Source: Alphaproteobacteria bacterium
GTDB lineage: Bacteria; Pseudomonadota; Alphaproteobacteria; SHVV01
Length of the DNA: 64,000 nucleotides
Assembly (NCBI GenBank): GCA_965261735.1
Contig: OZ253470.1
Location: 3,840,001 to 3,904,000, forward strand
Direction: 5' to 3'
Part shown: in pieces, positions 11,752-20,724 of the stretch
Numbering within the stretch: the first letter of the stretch is position 1
How the letters are laid out: the number at the start of each line of letters is the position of its first letter
Program-made: the position numbers and the translations under genes
The notes under the pieces: generated by a model
Told to the model about the DNA's origin: nothing
The model's database searches: none
Seen by the model: the letters and a program-made list of their open reading frames with translations, nothing else

Positions 11752-11826
11752 GGTACACCGCCGGACCGGCGCCCCTCTCGAAGACCAGCCGGGCACTGCC
11801 TTTTTGTCTCATCCGCGCTAGACTTG

Positions 11827-13284
11827 ATGGCGATGAAGCGCACGCGGATTGAACCGGTCCGCCGCCGCGCTCGCGGTGCCGCGTTCTGGCTCGCCGGGGG
11901 GGCTGCGCTGGCGGTCGTGCCCGCGGCCGCCGAGACGGCCACCAAAACGCTGCCGCGCGCGCAGGGCGAGATCGAGCTTTCGTTCGCGCCGCTGGTACGC
12001 ACGGCGGCACCGGCTGTCGTTAACGTCTTCACGCGGCGCTCGGTGCAACAGGGGCGGCCGCTCTCACCCTTCTTCAACGACCCCTTCTTCCGGCGGTTTT
12101 TCGGTGAGGATTCGCCGTTCGTGGGTCCGCGCGAGCGCATCGAGAGCTCTCTCGGCTCGGGCGTCATCGTCGCGCCGAGCGGGCTTATCGTCACCAACCA
12201 CCACGTGATCAAGGACAGTGACGAGATCACCGTCGCCCTCGCCGACCGCCGGGAATTTGCCGCCACGGTCGCGCTCACGGACGAGCGAACCGATCTCGCC
12301 GTGCTGCGGGTCGACACCAGGGGCCGGCCGCTGCCCTTCCTGGAGCTGCGCGATTCGGACGAGCTCGAAGTCGGTGATCTCGTGCTCGCCATCGGCAACC
12401 CGTTCGGGGTCGGCCAGACGGTGACGAGCGGCATCGTCTCGGCTCTGGCGCGCACGCAGATCGGCGTCGCCGATTTCCGTTCCTTCATCCAGACCGATGC
12501 GGCGATCAACCCCGGCAACTCGGGCGGTGCGTTGGTGTCGCTCGACGGCAAGCTCGCCGGCATCAACACGGCGATTTTCTCGCGGACCGGCGGCTCGATC
12601 GGCATCGGCTTCGCCATTCCCGCCAACATGGTGGCGGTGGTGATCGATGCCGCGGTGCGCGGCGGCAAGGTGGCGCGCCCCTGGCTTGGCGTTTCCGGCC
12701 AATCGGTGGATGCCGAAATGTCCGAGGCGCTCGGTCTCGACCGCCCGACAGGCGTCCTGATCAACAACCTCTATCCCGGCGGCCCGGCGGCCGCAGCGGG
12801 CATCGAGGTGGGCGACATCGTGCGCACGGTGGACGGCCGCGAGGTGTTCGATGCGCCGGGCCTCGACTACCGGATCGCGACGCGCCCCCTCGGCGCCCCG
12901 ACCGAGATCGAGATCCTGCGCGATGGTGAGGCGCGTAAGGTCATCGTGCCGATGGCGGTACCGCCCGAGGAGCCGCCGCGGCGGATTACGAGGCTCGCGG
13001 GCCGGCACCCACTGGCCGGCGTGACGGTCGCCAACCTCTCGCCCGCGTTCGCCGAGGAGCTCGGCCTCGACATGCTGCTGCGCGGCGTCGTCATTCTCGA
13101 AGTGGCCCGCGCTAGCGCTGCCCAGCGCATCGGCTTTCGGCCCGGAGACATCGTGCTGTCGATCAACGACGACGACATCGACGCGGTCGCCGCGCTCGAC
13201 GAGGTGCTGTCGGCCGGCGCGCGCGAATGGCGCGTCAACGTGCGCCGGGGCGAGAACGTACTGCGCGTAGTGGTGCGCGGATGA
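11827..13284 (+). CDS. HtrA/DegQ-family periplasmic serine protease with two PDZ domains
   Basis: Signal peptide, TNHHV, TDLA, QTDAAINPGNSGG catalytic triad. Confidence 0.93.
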   Translation: MAMKRTRIEPVRRRARGAAFWLAGGAALAVVPAAAETATKTLPRAQGEIELSFAPLVRTAAPAVVNVFTRRSVQQGRPLSPFFNDPFFRRFFGEDSPFVGPRERIESSLGSGVIVAPSGLIVTNHHVIKDSDEITVALADRREFAATVALTDERTDLAVLRVDTRGRPLPFLELRDSDELEVGDLVLAIGNPFGVGQTVTSGIVSALARTQIGVADFRSFIQTDAAINPGNSGGALVSLDGKLAGINTAIFSRTGGSIGIGFAIPANMVAVVIDAAVRGGKVARPWLGVSGQSVDAEMSEALGLDRPTGVLINNLYPGGPAAAAGIEVGDIVRTVDGREVFDAPGLDYRIATRPLGAPTEIEILRDGEARKVIVPMAVPPEEPPRRITRLAGRHPLAGVTVANLSPAFAEELGLDMLLRGVVILEVARASAAQRIGFRPGDIVLSINDDDIDAVAALDEVLSAGAREWRVNVRRGENVLRVVVRG

Positions 13285-14591
13285 GCTCGCTCTTCGAGGC
13301 GGCCGGACTCGCCGATGGTGCGCCGCGGCCGCTCGCCGACCGGCTCCGGCCGGACAGCCTCGACGAAGTCCTGGGGCAGGACCACCTGCTCGGCGCCACG
13401 GGGCCCATTCGCCGCATGCTCGATAGCCGCCGCCTCGCCGCGATGATCCTTTGGGGCGCACCGGGGACGGGTAAAACGACCATCGCGCGGCTGCTGGCGC
13501 GCGAGGTCGACATCGAGTTCGTCCAGCTATCGGCGGTGTTCTCGGGCGTCGCCGATCTCCGGCAGGCCTTCGAGGGCGCGCGCCGTCGCCGCACCGAGGG
13601 CCGCGGCACGCTGTTGTTCGTCGATGAGGTCCACCGCTTCAACCGCAGTCAGCAGGACGGCTTTCTGCCGGTCGTCGAGGACGGCACCATCACCCTCGTC
13701 GGCGCGACCACCGAGAACCCGTCGTTCGAGCTCAACTCGGCGCTGCTCTCGCGCTGCCAGGTCTTCGTCCTCAAGCGCCTCGACGATGAGGCGCTTGAGA
13801 CCCTGCTGGCACGCGCGGAAGCCGCCGAGGGCCATCCCCTGCCGCTCACGCCCGAGGCGCGCGCCGCGCTGCGCGCCCTCTCCGATGGCGATGGCCGCTA
13901 CGTGCTCAACCTGGCCGAGGAGTTGCTGGCGTCGCCGCCCGCGGCGGCGCTCGATACGCGTGCGCTGGCCGCGGCGGTGCAGCAGCGGATGCCGGTCTAT
14001 GACCGGGCGCAGGACGGCCATTACAACCTCATCAGCGCGCTCCACAAGTCGCTACGTGGCTCCGACACGGACGCCGCGCTCTACTGGCTGGCGCGCATGC
14101 TGGTGGCCGGCGAGGACCCGCTCTACATCGCGCGCCGATTGGTCCGGTTCGCGGTCGAGGACGTCGGCCTGGCTGATCCGCAGGCGCTGCTCCAGGCGCT
14201 CGCCGCAAAGGAGGCCTACGATTTTCTCGGCAGCCCAGAGGGCGAGCTCGCGCTCGTCCAGTGCGTCATCTATCTCGGCGTCGCGCCCAAGTCGAACGCG
14301 ACCTATCGGGCGCAGTCGCAGGCCAATGTGGCGGCGCGCGAATCGGGTTCGTTGATGCCGCCGCTGCACATCCTGAATGCGCCCACGCGCCTGATGAAGG
14401 ACCTGGGCTACGGTGCCGGCTACGTCTACGACCACGACACCGCCGACGCCTTTTCGGGGCAGAACTACTTTCCCGACGACCACCCGCGCACATCCTTCTA
14501 CGAGCCCACCGATCGCGGCTTCGAGCGCGAGGTCGGCGAGCGCCTCGCCTATTGGAACAAGCTGCGCGCCGAGAAGGGCGCAGGCCCCTAA
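13281..14591 (+). CDS. rarA: Replication-associated recombination protein A (AAA+)
   Basis: PLADRLRP, GAPGTGKT, DEVHRFN, GATTENPSF, ISALHKSLRGSD. Confidence 0.95.
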   Translation: MSSLFEAAGLADGAPRPLADRLRPDSLDEVLGQDHLLGATGPIRRMLDSRRLAAMILWGAPGTGKTTIARLLAREVDIEFVQLSAVFSGVADLRQAFEGARRRRTEGRGTLLFVDEVHRFNRSQQDGFLPVVEDGTITLVGATTENPSFELNSALLSRCQVFVLKRLDDEALETLLARAEAAEGHPLPLTPEARAALRALSDGDGRYVLNLAEELLASPPAAALDTRALAAAVQQRMPVYDRAQDGHYNLISALHKSLRGSDTDAALYWLARMLVAGEDPLYIARRLVRFAVEDVGLADPQALLQALAAKEAYDFLGSPEGELALVQCVIYLGVAPKSNATYRAQSQANVAARESGSLMPPLHILNAPTRLMKDLGYGAGYVYDHDTADAFSGQNYFPDDHPRTSFYEPTDRGFEREVGERLAYWNKLRAEKGAGP

Positions 14592-14644
14592 GTGGGGCGC
14601 GCAGGCGCGTTGCCCCTGGGCGGGCGAGGGTTTGCTTGGGCGCC

Positions 14645-15601
14645 ATGAGAGGCGTCGACACGCGTGAGGTCGAAGCCGACGCCGCGGGCATCAGGCTCGA
14701 CCGCTGGTTTAGCCGTCATTATCCGGGCGTCGCGCATGCCCGTCTCGAGAAGTGGCTGCGGACGGGGCAGGTGCGCATCGACGGCAAGCGCGCCAAGGCG
14801 GGCGCCCGGCTGGCGGCCGGGCAGCGCGTGCGCGTGCCGCCCCTCGACCACGGCGCGGTGCCGCCGGCGCGCCCTCGCGCCGAGGTTGCACCCGCGGACG
14901 CGGCTGATCTGCGGGCGCGGGTCCTCCACCGCGACGACGCGGTGATCGTCATCGACAAGCCGCCGGGCCTGGCGGTGCAGGGGGGCAGCCGCATCCACCA
15001 CCACCTCGATGCCATGCTCGATGCCTTGGCCTTCTGCGGCGACAGGCCGCGGCTCGTGCACCGCCTCGACAAGGACACGAGCGGCGTGCTCGTGCTGGCG
15101 CGTAATCGGATCGCCGCCGCAAGCCTCGCGGCGGCCTTCCGCCGCGGCAGCGTGCACAAGCTCTACTGGGCGCTCGTCGTGGGCGTCCCGCGTCCGGCGC
15201 GGGGTCGTATCGAGGTGGCTCTGGCCAAGCGCCCGGCGCGCGGTGGTGAAAAGGTGGTCGCCGATCAGACCGGCCGGCCGGCCGCGACCCGATACCGCGT
15301 CGTCGAGGCCGCCGGGCGGCGCGCGTCGTGGCTGGCACTCGAGCCGGAGGGCGGGCGGACGCATCAGCTACGTGTCCATTGCGCATCGCTCGGCACGCCG
15401 ATCGTCGGTGACGGCAAATATGGCGGTGCTCAGGCCTTTCCCCGCGGCGCCGCCATCGGCCGCGGCCTCCATCTCCACGCCCGCGCGATCCGACTGCCCC
15501 ATCCCGGCGGCGGGCAGCTCGCGGCCACGGCGCCGTTGCCCCCGCACATGGTCGAAAGCTGGCTCTTCCTCGGTTTCGATCCGGAGGGACCGGCCGATTG
15601 A
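14645..15601 (+). CDS. RluA-family pseudouridine synthase with S4 domain (RluC-like)
   Basis: RLDRW S4 start, KPPGLAVQGG, VHRLDKDTSG, GRTHQLRVH. Confidence 0.93.
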   Translation: MRGVDTREVEADAAGIRLDRWFSRHYPGVAHARLEKWLRTGQVRIDGKRAKAGARLAAGQRVRVPPLDHGAVPPARPRAEVAPADAADLRARVLHRDDAVIVIDKPPGLAVQGGSRIHHHLDAMLDALAFCGDRPRLVHRLDKDTSGVLVLARNRIAAASLAAAFRRGSVHKLYWALVVGVPRPARGRIEVALAKRPARGGEKVVADQTGRPAATRYRVVEAAGRRASWLALEPEGGRTHQLRVHCASLGTPIVGDGKYGGAQAFPRGAAIGRGLHLHARAIRLPHPGGGQLAATAPLPPHMVESWLFLGFDPEGPAD

Positions 15602-15715
15602 GGCGCCGTGCGTGACAGCCGGGCTGCTCCTGTTGCCACTGGCACCGGGCTGGAATAGATGCTATCCACCCAGCATCCAAGGGGGGGCTGGTGTTGGCCG
15701 GATGGCGGTAGGTTA

Positions 15716-17269
15716 ATGGTGAATCTGCGCGACCTCGTCAGCGATCTGATCAAGCGCCGCGAGCTCGTTTTCGCGGGTGGCGGCGCCGAAAAGCTGGCGG
15801 CGCGCCACGCCAAGGGCCAAATGACGGCGCGCGAACGGTTGCGCGTGCTGTTCGAGCCCAACACCTTCCAGGAAATGGGCATGCACGCCGAGCACGAGAC
15901 GCGCGAGTTCGGGATGGCCGAACGGCAGCTGCCGGGAGACGGCGTGGTCACCGGAATCGGCTACGTCGATGGCCGGCCCGTCGCCGGTTTCAGCCAGGAC
16001 TTCACGGTCGCCGGCGGCTCCCTCGGCAAGGTTCATGCGGAGAAGATCTGCGACGTGATGGACTATGCCGGGCGCACCGGCGTACCCATCGTGGGCTTCA
16101 ACGATTCGGGCGGCGCGCGCATACAGGAGGGCGTGGAATCACTGTCGGGCTACGGCAAGGTGTTCTACCGCAACGTGCTGATGTCGGGGGTCGTCCCGCA
16201 GATCGCGGTGATTGCGGGGCCGTGCGCCGGCGGCGCCTCCTATTCGCCGGCGCTCATGGATTTCATCATCATGACCCGCTCCAACGCCAGCATGTTCATC
16301 TGTGGCCCCGATGTAATCCGCGCGGCGACCGGACAGGTGACGACGATGGAGGAGATCGGTAGCGCCGCCGCCCACGCGTCCGTCAGCGGCAACATCCACC
16401 TCATTGCCGAGGACGACCGCGACGCGATTCAGATCGTCCACCGGATGCTCTCCTTCCTGCCCTCGAACAATGCCATGGACCCGCCCCACGAGCCGGTGGC
16501 ACAGCTCTCGCTGTCCGAGGACGAGGGCATGAACGCGCTCGTTCCCGAGTCGCCCAAGGAGCCGATCGACACCTACCTCGTGATCGACCGCCTGGTCGAC
16601 CAGGGCGACTTCATGGAGATGCAGCCGGATTTCGCCGGCAACATGATAATCGGCTTCGCCCGGATCGGTGGCATCGTCGTCGGCATCGTCGCCAACCAGC
16701 CCAAGGTCAAGGCCGGCACCATCGACATCGACGCCTCCGACAAGGCGGCGCGCTTCATCAACTTCTGCGACTGCTTCAACATTCCGCTGGTGACCCTGGT
16801 CGATGTGCCGGGCTTCCTGCCCGGCGTGACCCAGGAGCGCGGCGGGATCATCCGCCACGGCGCCAAGATGCTGTACGCCTATGGCGCCGCTACCGTACCC
16901 AAGATCACCGTTTTCATGCGCAAGGCCTATGGCGGCGCCTACCTCGCCATGTGCAGCCGCGACATGGGCGCCGACATGGCGTTCGCCTGGCCCACCGCCG
17001 AGATTGCGGTGATGGGGGCCGAGGGCGCGGTCAACATCCTTTATCGGCGCGAGCTCAAGGAGGCCGCCGATCCGGTGGCGCGGGCCAAGGAGCTCGCCGA
17101 CGAGTACAGCTGCCGTTTCGCCTCGCCCTACCTCTCGGCCAGCAAGGGCTTGATCACCGACGTTATCGAGCCGTCACGGACGCGCCCTGCGGTCGCGCTG
17201 GCACTTCGTAGCCTGTTGCCCAAGCGCGAAAACAGGCCGCCCAAAAAGCGCGGGAACATCCCCCTGTGA
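15716..17269 (+). CDS. Acyl-CoA carboxyltransferase (methylmalonyl-CoA decarboxylase alpha / PccB-like)
   Basis: DSGGARIQEG, GPCAGG, VDVPGFLPG, RKAYGGAY. Confidence 0.9.
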   Translation: MVNLRDLVSDLIKRRELVFAGGGAEKLAARHAKGQMTARERLRVLFEPNTFQEMGMHAEHETREFGMAERQLPGDGVVTGIGYVDGRPVAGFSQDFTVAGGSLGKVHAEKICDVMDYAGRTGVPIVGFNDSGGARIQEGVESLSGYGKVFYRNVLMSGVVPQIAVIAGPCAGGASYSPALMDFIIMTRSNASMFICGPDVIRAATGQVTTMEEIGSAAAHASVSGNIHLIAEDDRDAIQIVHRMLSFLPSNNAMDPPHEPVAQLSLSEDEGMNALVPESPKEPIDTYLVIDRLVDQGDFMEMQPDFAGNMIIGFARIGGIVVGIVANQPKVKAGTIDIDASDKAARFINFCDCFNIPLVTLVDVPGFLPGVTQERGGIIRHGAKMLYAYGAATVPKITVFMRKAYGGAYLAMCSRDMGADMAFAWPTAEIAVMGAEGAVNILYRRELKEAADPVARAKELADEYSCRFASPYLSASKGLITDVIEPSRTRPAVALALRSLLPKRENRPPKKRGNIPL

Positions 17270-17316
17270 GCGGCCGAGATCGGCCGCCGCCGGCAGTGCT
17301 AGCGCGGCGCTAGTCC

Positions 17317-17679
17317 ATGTTGAACCTCGAACTTATCGGCGTCGGTATCGCCACCGTGATCGGCGTGTTGATTCTCCTATGGTTCGCGAGCGCCGCGATT
17401 GGGCGGGTCTTCCTGGTTGTGGCGCGCGTGCGTGAGCGGCGCGGCCGTATTGCTGCGGCGGCACCGGACGTGGCCGAGCGCGACGCCGTGGTCGTGGCTG
17501 CGGCGGTGGCGGCCATTCTCGAGGCGCCCCATCGCATCGTCAGCATCACCGCGCCGCTCCACTTTGCGCCGGCCTGGGCGAGCGAGGGTCGCTACGAGGG
17601 CTCGACGCTGCACCGCAACTGGGATCAGCACCTCCGCACTCGCACCGCCGGGCGCCCGCGCAAGAAGCTGAAACGATGA
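17317..17679 (+). CDS. OadG/MmdD-like single-TM delta subunit
   Basis: N-terminal TM, AVVVAAAVAA patch, W..EGR tail; lies between the CT and biotin-carrier genes. Confidence 0.7.
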   Translation: MLNLELIGVGIATVIGVLILLWFASAAIGRVFLVVARVRERRGRIAAAAPDVAERDAVVVAAAVAAILEAPHRIVSITAPLHFAPAWASEGRYEGSTLHRNWDQHLRTRTAGRPRKKLKR

Positions 17680-18074
17680 GGAAATTCCGCGTCACGGTGG
17701 ACGGCCGCCCCTACGAGGTAACGGTCGAGGTGTTGGAGGAGGAGGGCGGCGGGCCGGCGCCGAGCCCGCAATTGCCGCCGCCGCGGCCCGTTGCCGCCCG
17801 TGTCGCCCCGCCGCCGGCGGCACCCGTACCGGCAGCGCCGGCCGCACCGGCGCCCGCCGGATTGGGCGAGGTGGTGAGCCCGCTCGCCGGGACGATCGTC
17901 GAGGTGAATGTCGCCGCCGGTCAGTCGGTCCAGCCGGGCGACCGCCTGATGACCCTCGAGGCGATGAAGATGAACACGGCGGTGGCGGCACCGCAGGCCG
18001 GGACCGTGCGCGAGATCAGGGTCGAGACCGGCGCGACCGTCCAAGAAGGCCAAGTGCTGTTGATCCTTTCCTGA
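17676..18074 (+). CDS. Biotin carboxyl carrier (MmdC-like gamma subunit)
   Basis: [14 protein letters not shown] start, Ala/Pro linker, EAMKM biotinylation motif. Confidence 0.92.
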   Translation: MRKFRVTVDGRPYEVTVEVLEEEGGGPAPSPQLPPPRPVAARVAPPPAAPVPAAPAAPAPAGLGEVVSPLAGTIVEVNVAAGQSVQPGDRLMTLEAMKMNTAVAAPQAGTVREIRVETGATVQEGQVLLILS

Positions 18075-18084
18075 GGCTACGCTT

Positions 18085-19218
18085 GTGGGATCGTTGACCG
18101 AAACCCTCGCGCTCACCGGCTTCCCGCACGTCACGTGGGAAATGGCCGTGATGTGGGCGGTGATTCTCGGCCTGTTCTATCTGGCGGTGTACAAGGGTTT
18201 CGAGCCGCTCCTCCTGATCCCCATCGCGTTCGGCGCCCTGCTCGCCAATCTGCCGACCGAGGGCCTCATTAACGAGCCGACCGCCGATGCGGCGGGCGGG
18301 CTGTTCCATTACATCTCGCAAGGAATCACGCTCGAGATTTTTCCGCCGCTGATTTTCCTCGGCGTCGGCGCACTCACCGACTTTGGGCCGCTGATCGCCA
18401 ACCCGCGCACGCTGCTGCTCGGTGCGGCGGCGCAGTTCGGGGTCTTTGTCACCTTCTTCGGCGCGCTCGCGATCGGTTTCTCGGAACAACAGGCGGCGGC
18501 CATCGGCATCATTGGCGGTGCCGACGGACCGACCTCGATCTTTTTGTCCAACAAGCTGGCGCCGGAGCTACTGGCGCCGATCGCGGTCTCCGCCTACAGC
18601 TACATGGCGCTGGTGCCGCTCATTCAGCCCCCGATCATGCGCCTGTTGACGACCCGCAAGGAGCGCGAGATCCGCATGCGCTCGCTGCGCTCCGTGTCGC
18701 GGCTGGAGAAGCTGCTCTTCGCGCTCCTGGTGACCGTGCTGTGCGTGCTCCTGGTTCCCCCAGCCTCGGCGCTCATCGGCATGCTGATGTTCGGCAACTT
18801 CCTGCGCGAATGCGGCGTCGCCGAGCGGCTGTCGAAGGCGTCGCAGAACGAAATCATCAATGCGGTCACCATCTTCCTGGGCGCGAGCGTGGGCATCACC
18901 ATGTCCGGCGAGCGCTTCCTGCAGGTCGAGACGCTGATGATCCTGTCCCTCGGGATCGTCGCCTTTGGCGTTTCGACCGCCTCGGGCGTGCTCATGGCCA
19001 AGATCATGAACATGCTGAGCCGTAAGAACCCGATCAATCCGCTGATCGGATCGGCCGGCGTGTCCGCGGTACCGATGGCGGCGCGGGTTTCGCAGGTCGA
19101 GGGCCAGCGTGCCGATCCGTACAATTTCCTCCTCATGCACGCCATGGGCCCCAACGTCGCTGGTGTCATCGGTACCGCCGTCGTCGCCGGCTATTTCATC
19201 GCCCGCCTTGGCGGCTGA
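18085..19218 (+). CDS. Sodium-translocating decarboxylase beta subunit (OadB/MmdB/GcdB family)
   Basis: [52 protein letters not shown]. Confidence 0.95.
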   Translation: MGSLTETLALTGFPHVTWEMAVMWAVILGLFYLAVYKGFEPLLLIPIAFGALLANLPTEGLINEPTADAAGGLFHYISQGITLEIFPPLIFLGVGALTDFGPLIANPRTLLLGAAAQFGVFVTFFGALAIGFSEQQAAAIGIIGGADGPTSIFLSNKLAPELLAPIAVSAYSYMALVPLIQPPIMRLLTTRKEREIRMRSLRSVSRLEKLLFALLVTVLCVLLVPPASALIGMLMFGNFLRECGVAERLSKASQNEIINAVTIFLGASVGITMSGERFLQVETLMILSLGIVAFGVSTASGVLMAKIMNMLSRKNPINPLIGSAGVSAVPMAARVSQVEGQRADPYNFLLMHAMGPNVAGVIGTAVVAGYFIARLGG

Positions 19219-19531
19219 TCCCGAGGGCCGGTCCTCGGCGGCCGATTCGACCGCGGTGCGGGCACGCATTCGGGGCCAGGTGCAGGGCGTGTGGTTCCGG
19301 CGCTGGACGGTCGAGACGGCGCGAACGCTCGGCTTGCGAGGATGGGTGCGCAACCGCGACGACGGCAGCGTCGAGGCCCTGTTCGAGGGTCCGCAAGCGG
19401 CGGTCGAGGCCATGCTCGCCGCCTGCCACGATGGGCCGTCGGCGGCCTGGGTCAGCGCCGTTGAGGCAACCCCGGCGGCGCCGGAGGATGCAGCGGGCGG
19501 GATCGGCTTTCGCGCCTTGCCGAGCCGCTAG
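19208..19531 (+). CDS. acyP: Acylphosphatase
   Basis: [21 protein letters not shown]; TTG start is tentative. Confidence 0.88.
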   Translation: MAADPEGRSSAADSTAVRARIRGQVQGVWFRRWTVETARTLGLRGWVRNRDDGSVEALFEGPQAAVEAMLAACHDGPSAAWVSAVEATPAAPEDAAGGIGFRALPSR

Positions 19532-20157
19532 CCGCCGAACACCCGCGCGAAGGAGGCGCGGAGCGCCGCATCCACCTCGGGCATCGTGACCGTGAGGCCG
19601 AGATCGGCGAGCGACGTGACGCCGTGCTGCGCGATGCCGCACGGGACGATACCTCGATAGTGGCCGAGGTCGGGTTCGACGTTGAGCGCGATGCCGTGGT
19701 AGGTCACCCAGCGGCGAACGCGAACGCCGATGGCCGCGATCTTGTCTTCGCCGCCGCCGTTCCCAACCCAGATGCCGACGCGGCCCTCACGGCGCTCGCC
19801 GTGGACGTCGAGCTGGGCCAGGGTATCGATCACCCAGTTCTCGAGGCCGCGCACGAAGGCGCGCACGTCGCGCCCGCGCTCGTTCAGGTCGAGCAACACG
19901 TAAGCCACGCGCTGGCCCGGTCCGTGATAGGTGTATTGGCCGCCGCGCCCGGTGCGGTGCACGGGCAGGAAATCGGCGTCGAGCAGGTCGGCGGGTTTCG
20001 CGCTAGCGCCGGCGGTATACAGCGCGGGGTGCTCCAGCAGCCAGACGAACTCTCCGGCCCGGCCGGCGCGGATCGCCGCGACGCGGCTCTCCATCTCACC
20101 CACCGCGGCCTCGTAGCCGACGAGATCGTCGCTGATCTTCCATTCCGGCGCGACCAT
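19528..20157 (-). CDS. lipB: Octanoyltransferase
   Basis: [32 protein letters not shown]. Confidence 0.95.
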   Translation of the reverse strand: MVAPEWKISDDLVGYEAAVGEMESRVAAIRAGRAGEFVWLLEHPALYTAGASAKPADLLDADFLPVHRTGRGGQYTYHGPGQRVAYVLLDLNERGRDVRAFVRGLENWVIDTLAQLDVHGERREGRVGIWVGNGGGEDKIAAIGVRVRRWVTYHGIALNVEPDLGHYRGIVPCGIAQHGVTSLADLGLTVTMPEVDAALRASFARVFGG

Positions 20158-20240
20158 CGATACTATCTAGCACAAGCGGGGCGGCTCCCGACGCGGCGGG
20201 GCCGATCCGCCGCGGGTGTATTGCCGGGTGGTGCGAAGGT

Positions 20241-20483
20241 ATGTCCAAAGCCGTTGACGGCGTTACCGTCGAGATTTCAGTGGTCCTCGGCAAGGCGGTC
20301 ATGCCGATCCACCAGCTGCTCAAGATGGGCCGGGGAGCGGTCATCGAGCTCAACGCCACGATCCACGATCACGCGCTGCTGTATGCCAACAACCGGCTTA
20401 TCGCGCGCGGCGAAGTCACAGTGGTGGACGATCACGTGGCCGTATCGATCACCGAGCGGGTAAGCGTCTTCGAGGAGGACTGA
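20241..20483 (+). CDS. Stand-alone FliN/FliM C-terminal (SpoA) domain protein
   Basis: VEISVVLG..MPIHQLLKMGRGAVIEL, IARGEVTVV. Confidence 0.82.
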   Translation: MSKAVDGVTVEISVVLGKAVMPIHQLLKMGRGAVIELNATIHDHALLYANNRLIARGEVTVVDDHVAVSITERVSVFEED

Positions 20484-20517
20484 GGCGCGCCCGGGTTACA
20501 GGCGTCGAGGCCGGCGC

Positions 20518-20546
20518 TTGAAGCGCGCGGCCGGATTTGTTATGTC
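20518..20546 (+). promoter_or_regulatory. Possible promoter of tRNA-Leu
   Basis: TTGAAG-17 bp-TATGTC, then a GC-rich stretch before the tRNA. Confidence 0.4.
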
Positions 20547-20560
20547 GGCGCCGCCTCCGT

Positions 20561-20648
20561 GCGGTCGTGGCGGAACTGGTAGACGCGCAGCGTTGAGGTC
20601 GCTGTGGGATAATATCCCGTGGAAGTTCGAGTCTTCTCGACCGCACCA
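20561..20648 (+). tRNA. tRNA-Leu(GAG)
   Basis: GCGGTCG/CGACCGC acceptor stem, CAGCG-TTGAGGT-CGCTG anticodon arm, long variable arm, GTTCGA T-loop, encoded CCA. Confidence 0.97.
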
Positions 20649-20655
20649 ATTCGAA

Positions 20656-20692
20656 CCGGCCCGCGGCGCTCCCGTCGCGGGCCGGATTTCTT
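20656..20692 (+). terminator. Intrinsic terminator after tRNA-Leu
   Basis: CCGGCCCGCGGCG-ctcc-CGTCGCGGGCCGG stem followed by ATTTCTT. Confidence 0.6.
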
Positions 20693-20724
20693 GCACGTGA
20701 CGTGAACCCGGGCAGGGGCCGACG

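Noticed and set aside
14592-14644. No crcB between rarA and the RluA-family gene
   Set aside because: Only 53 bp with no remnant visible; presence there is variable.
17750-17865. CCG/GCC-rich repetitive stretch
   Set aside because: Encodes the usual Ala/Pro linker of the biotin carrier.
20561-20724. tRNA-Leu as a possible integration site
   Set aside because: No integrase and no repeated tRNA 3' end seen; mgtE follows directly.
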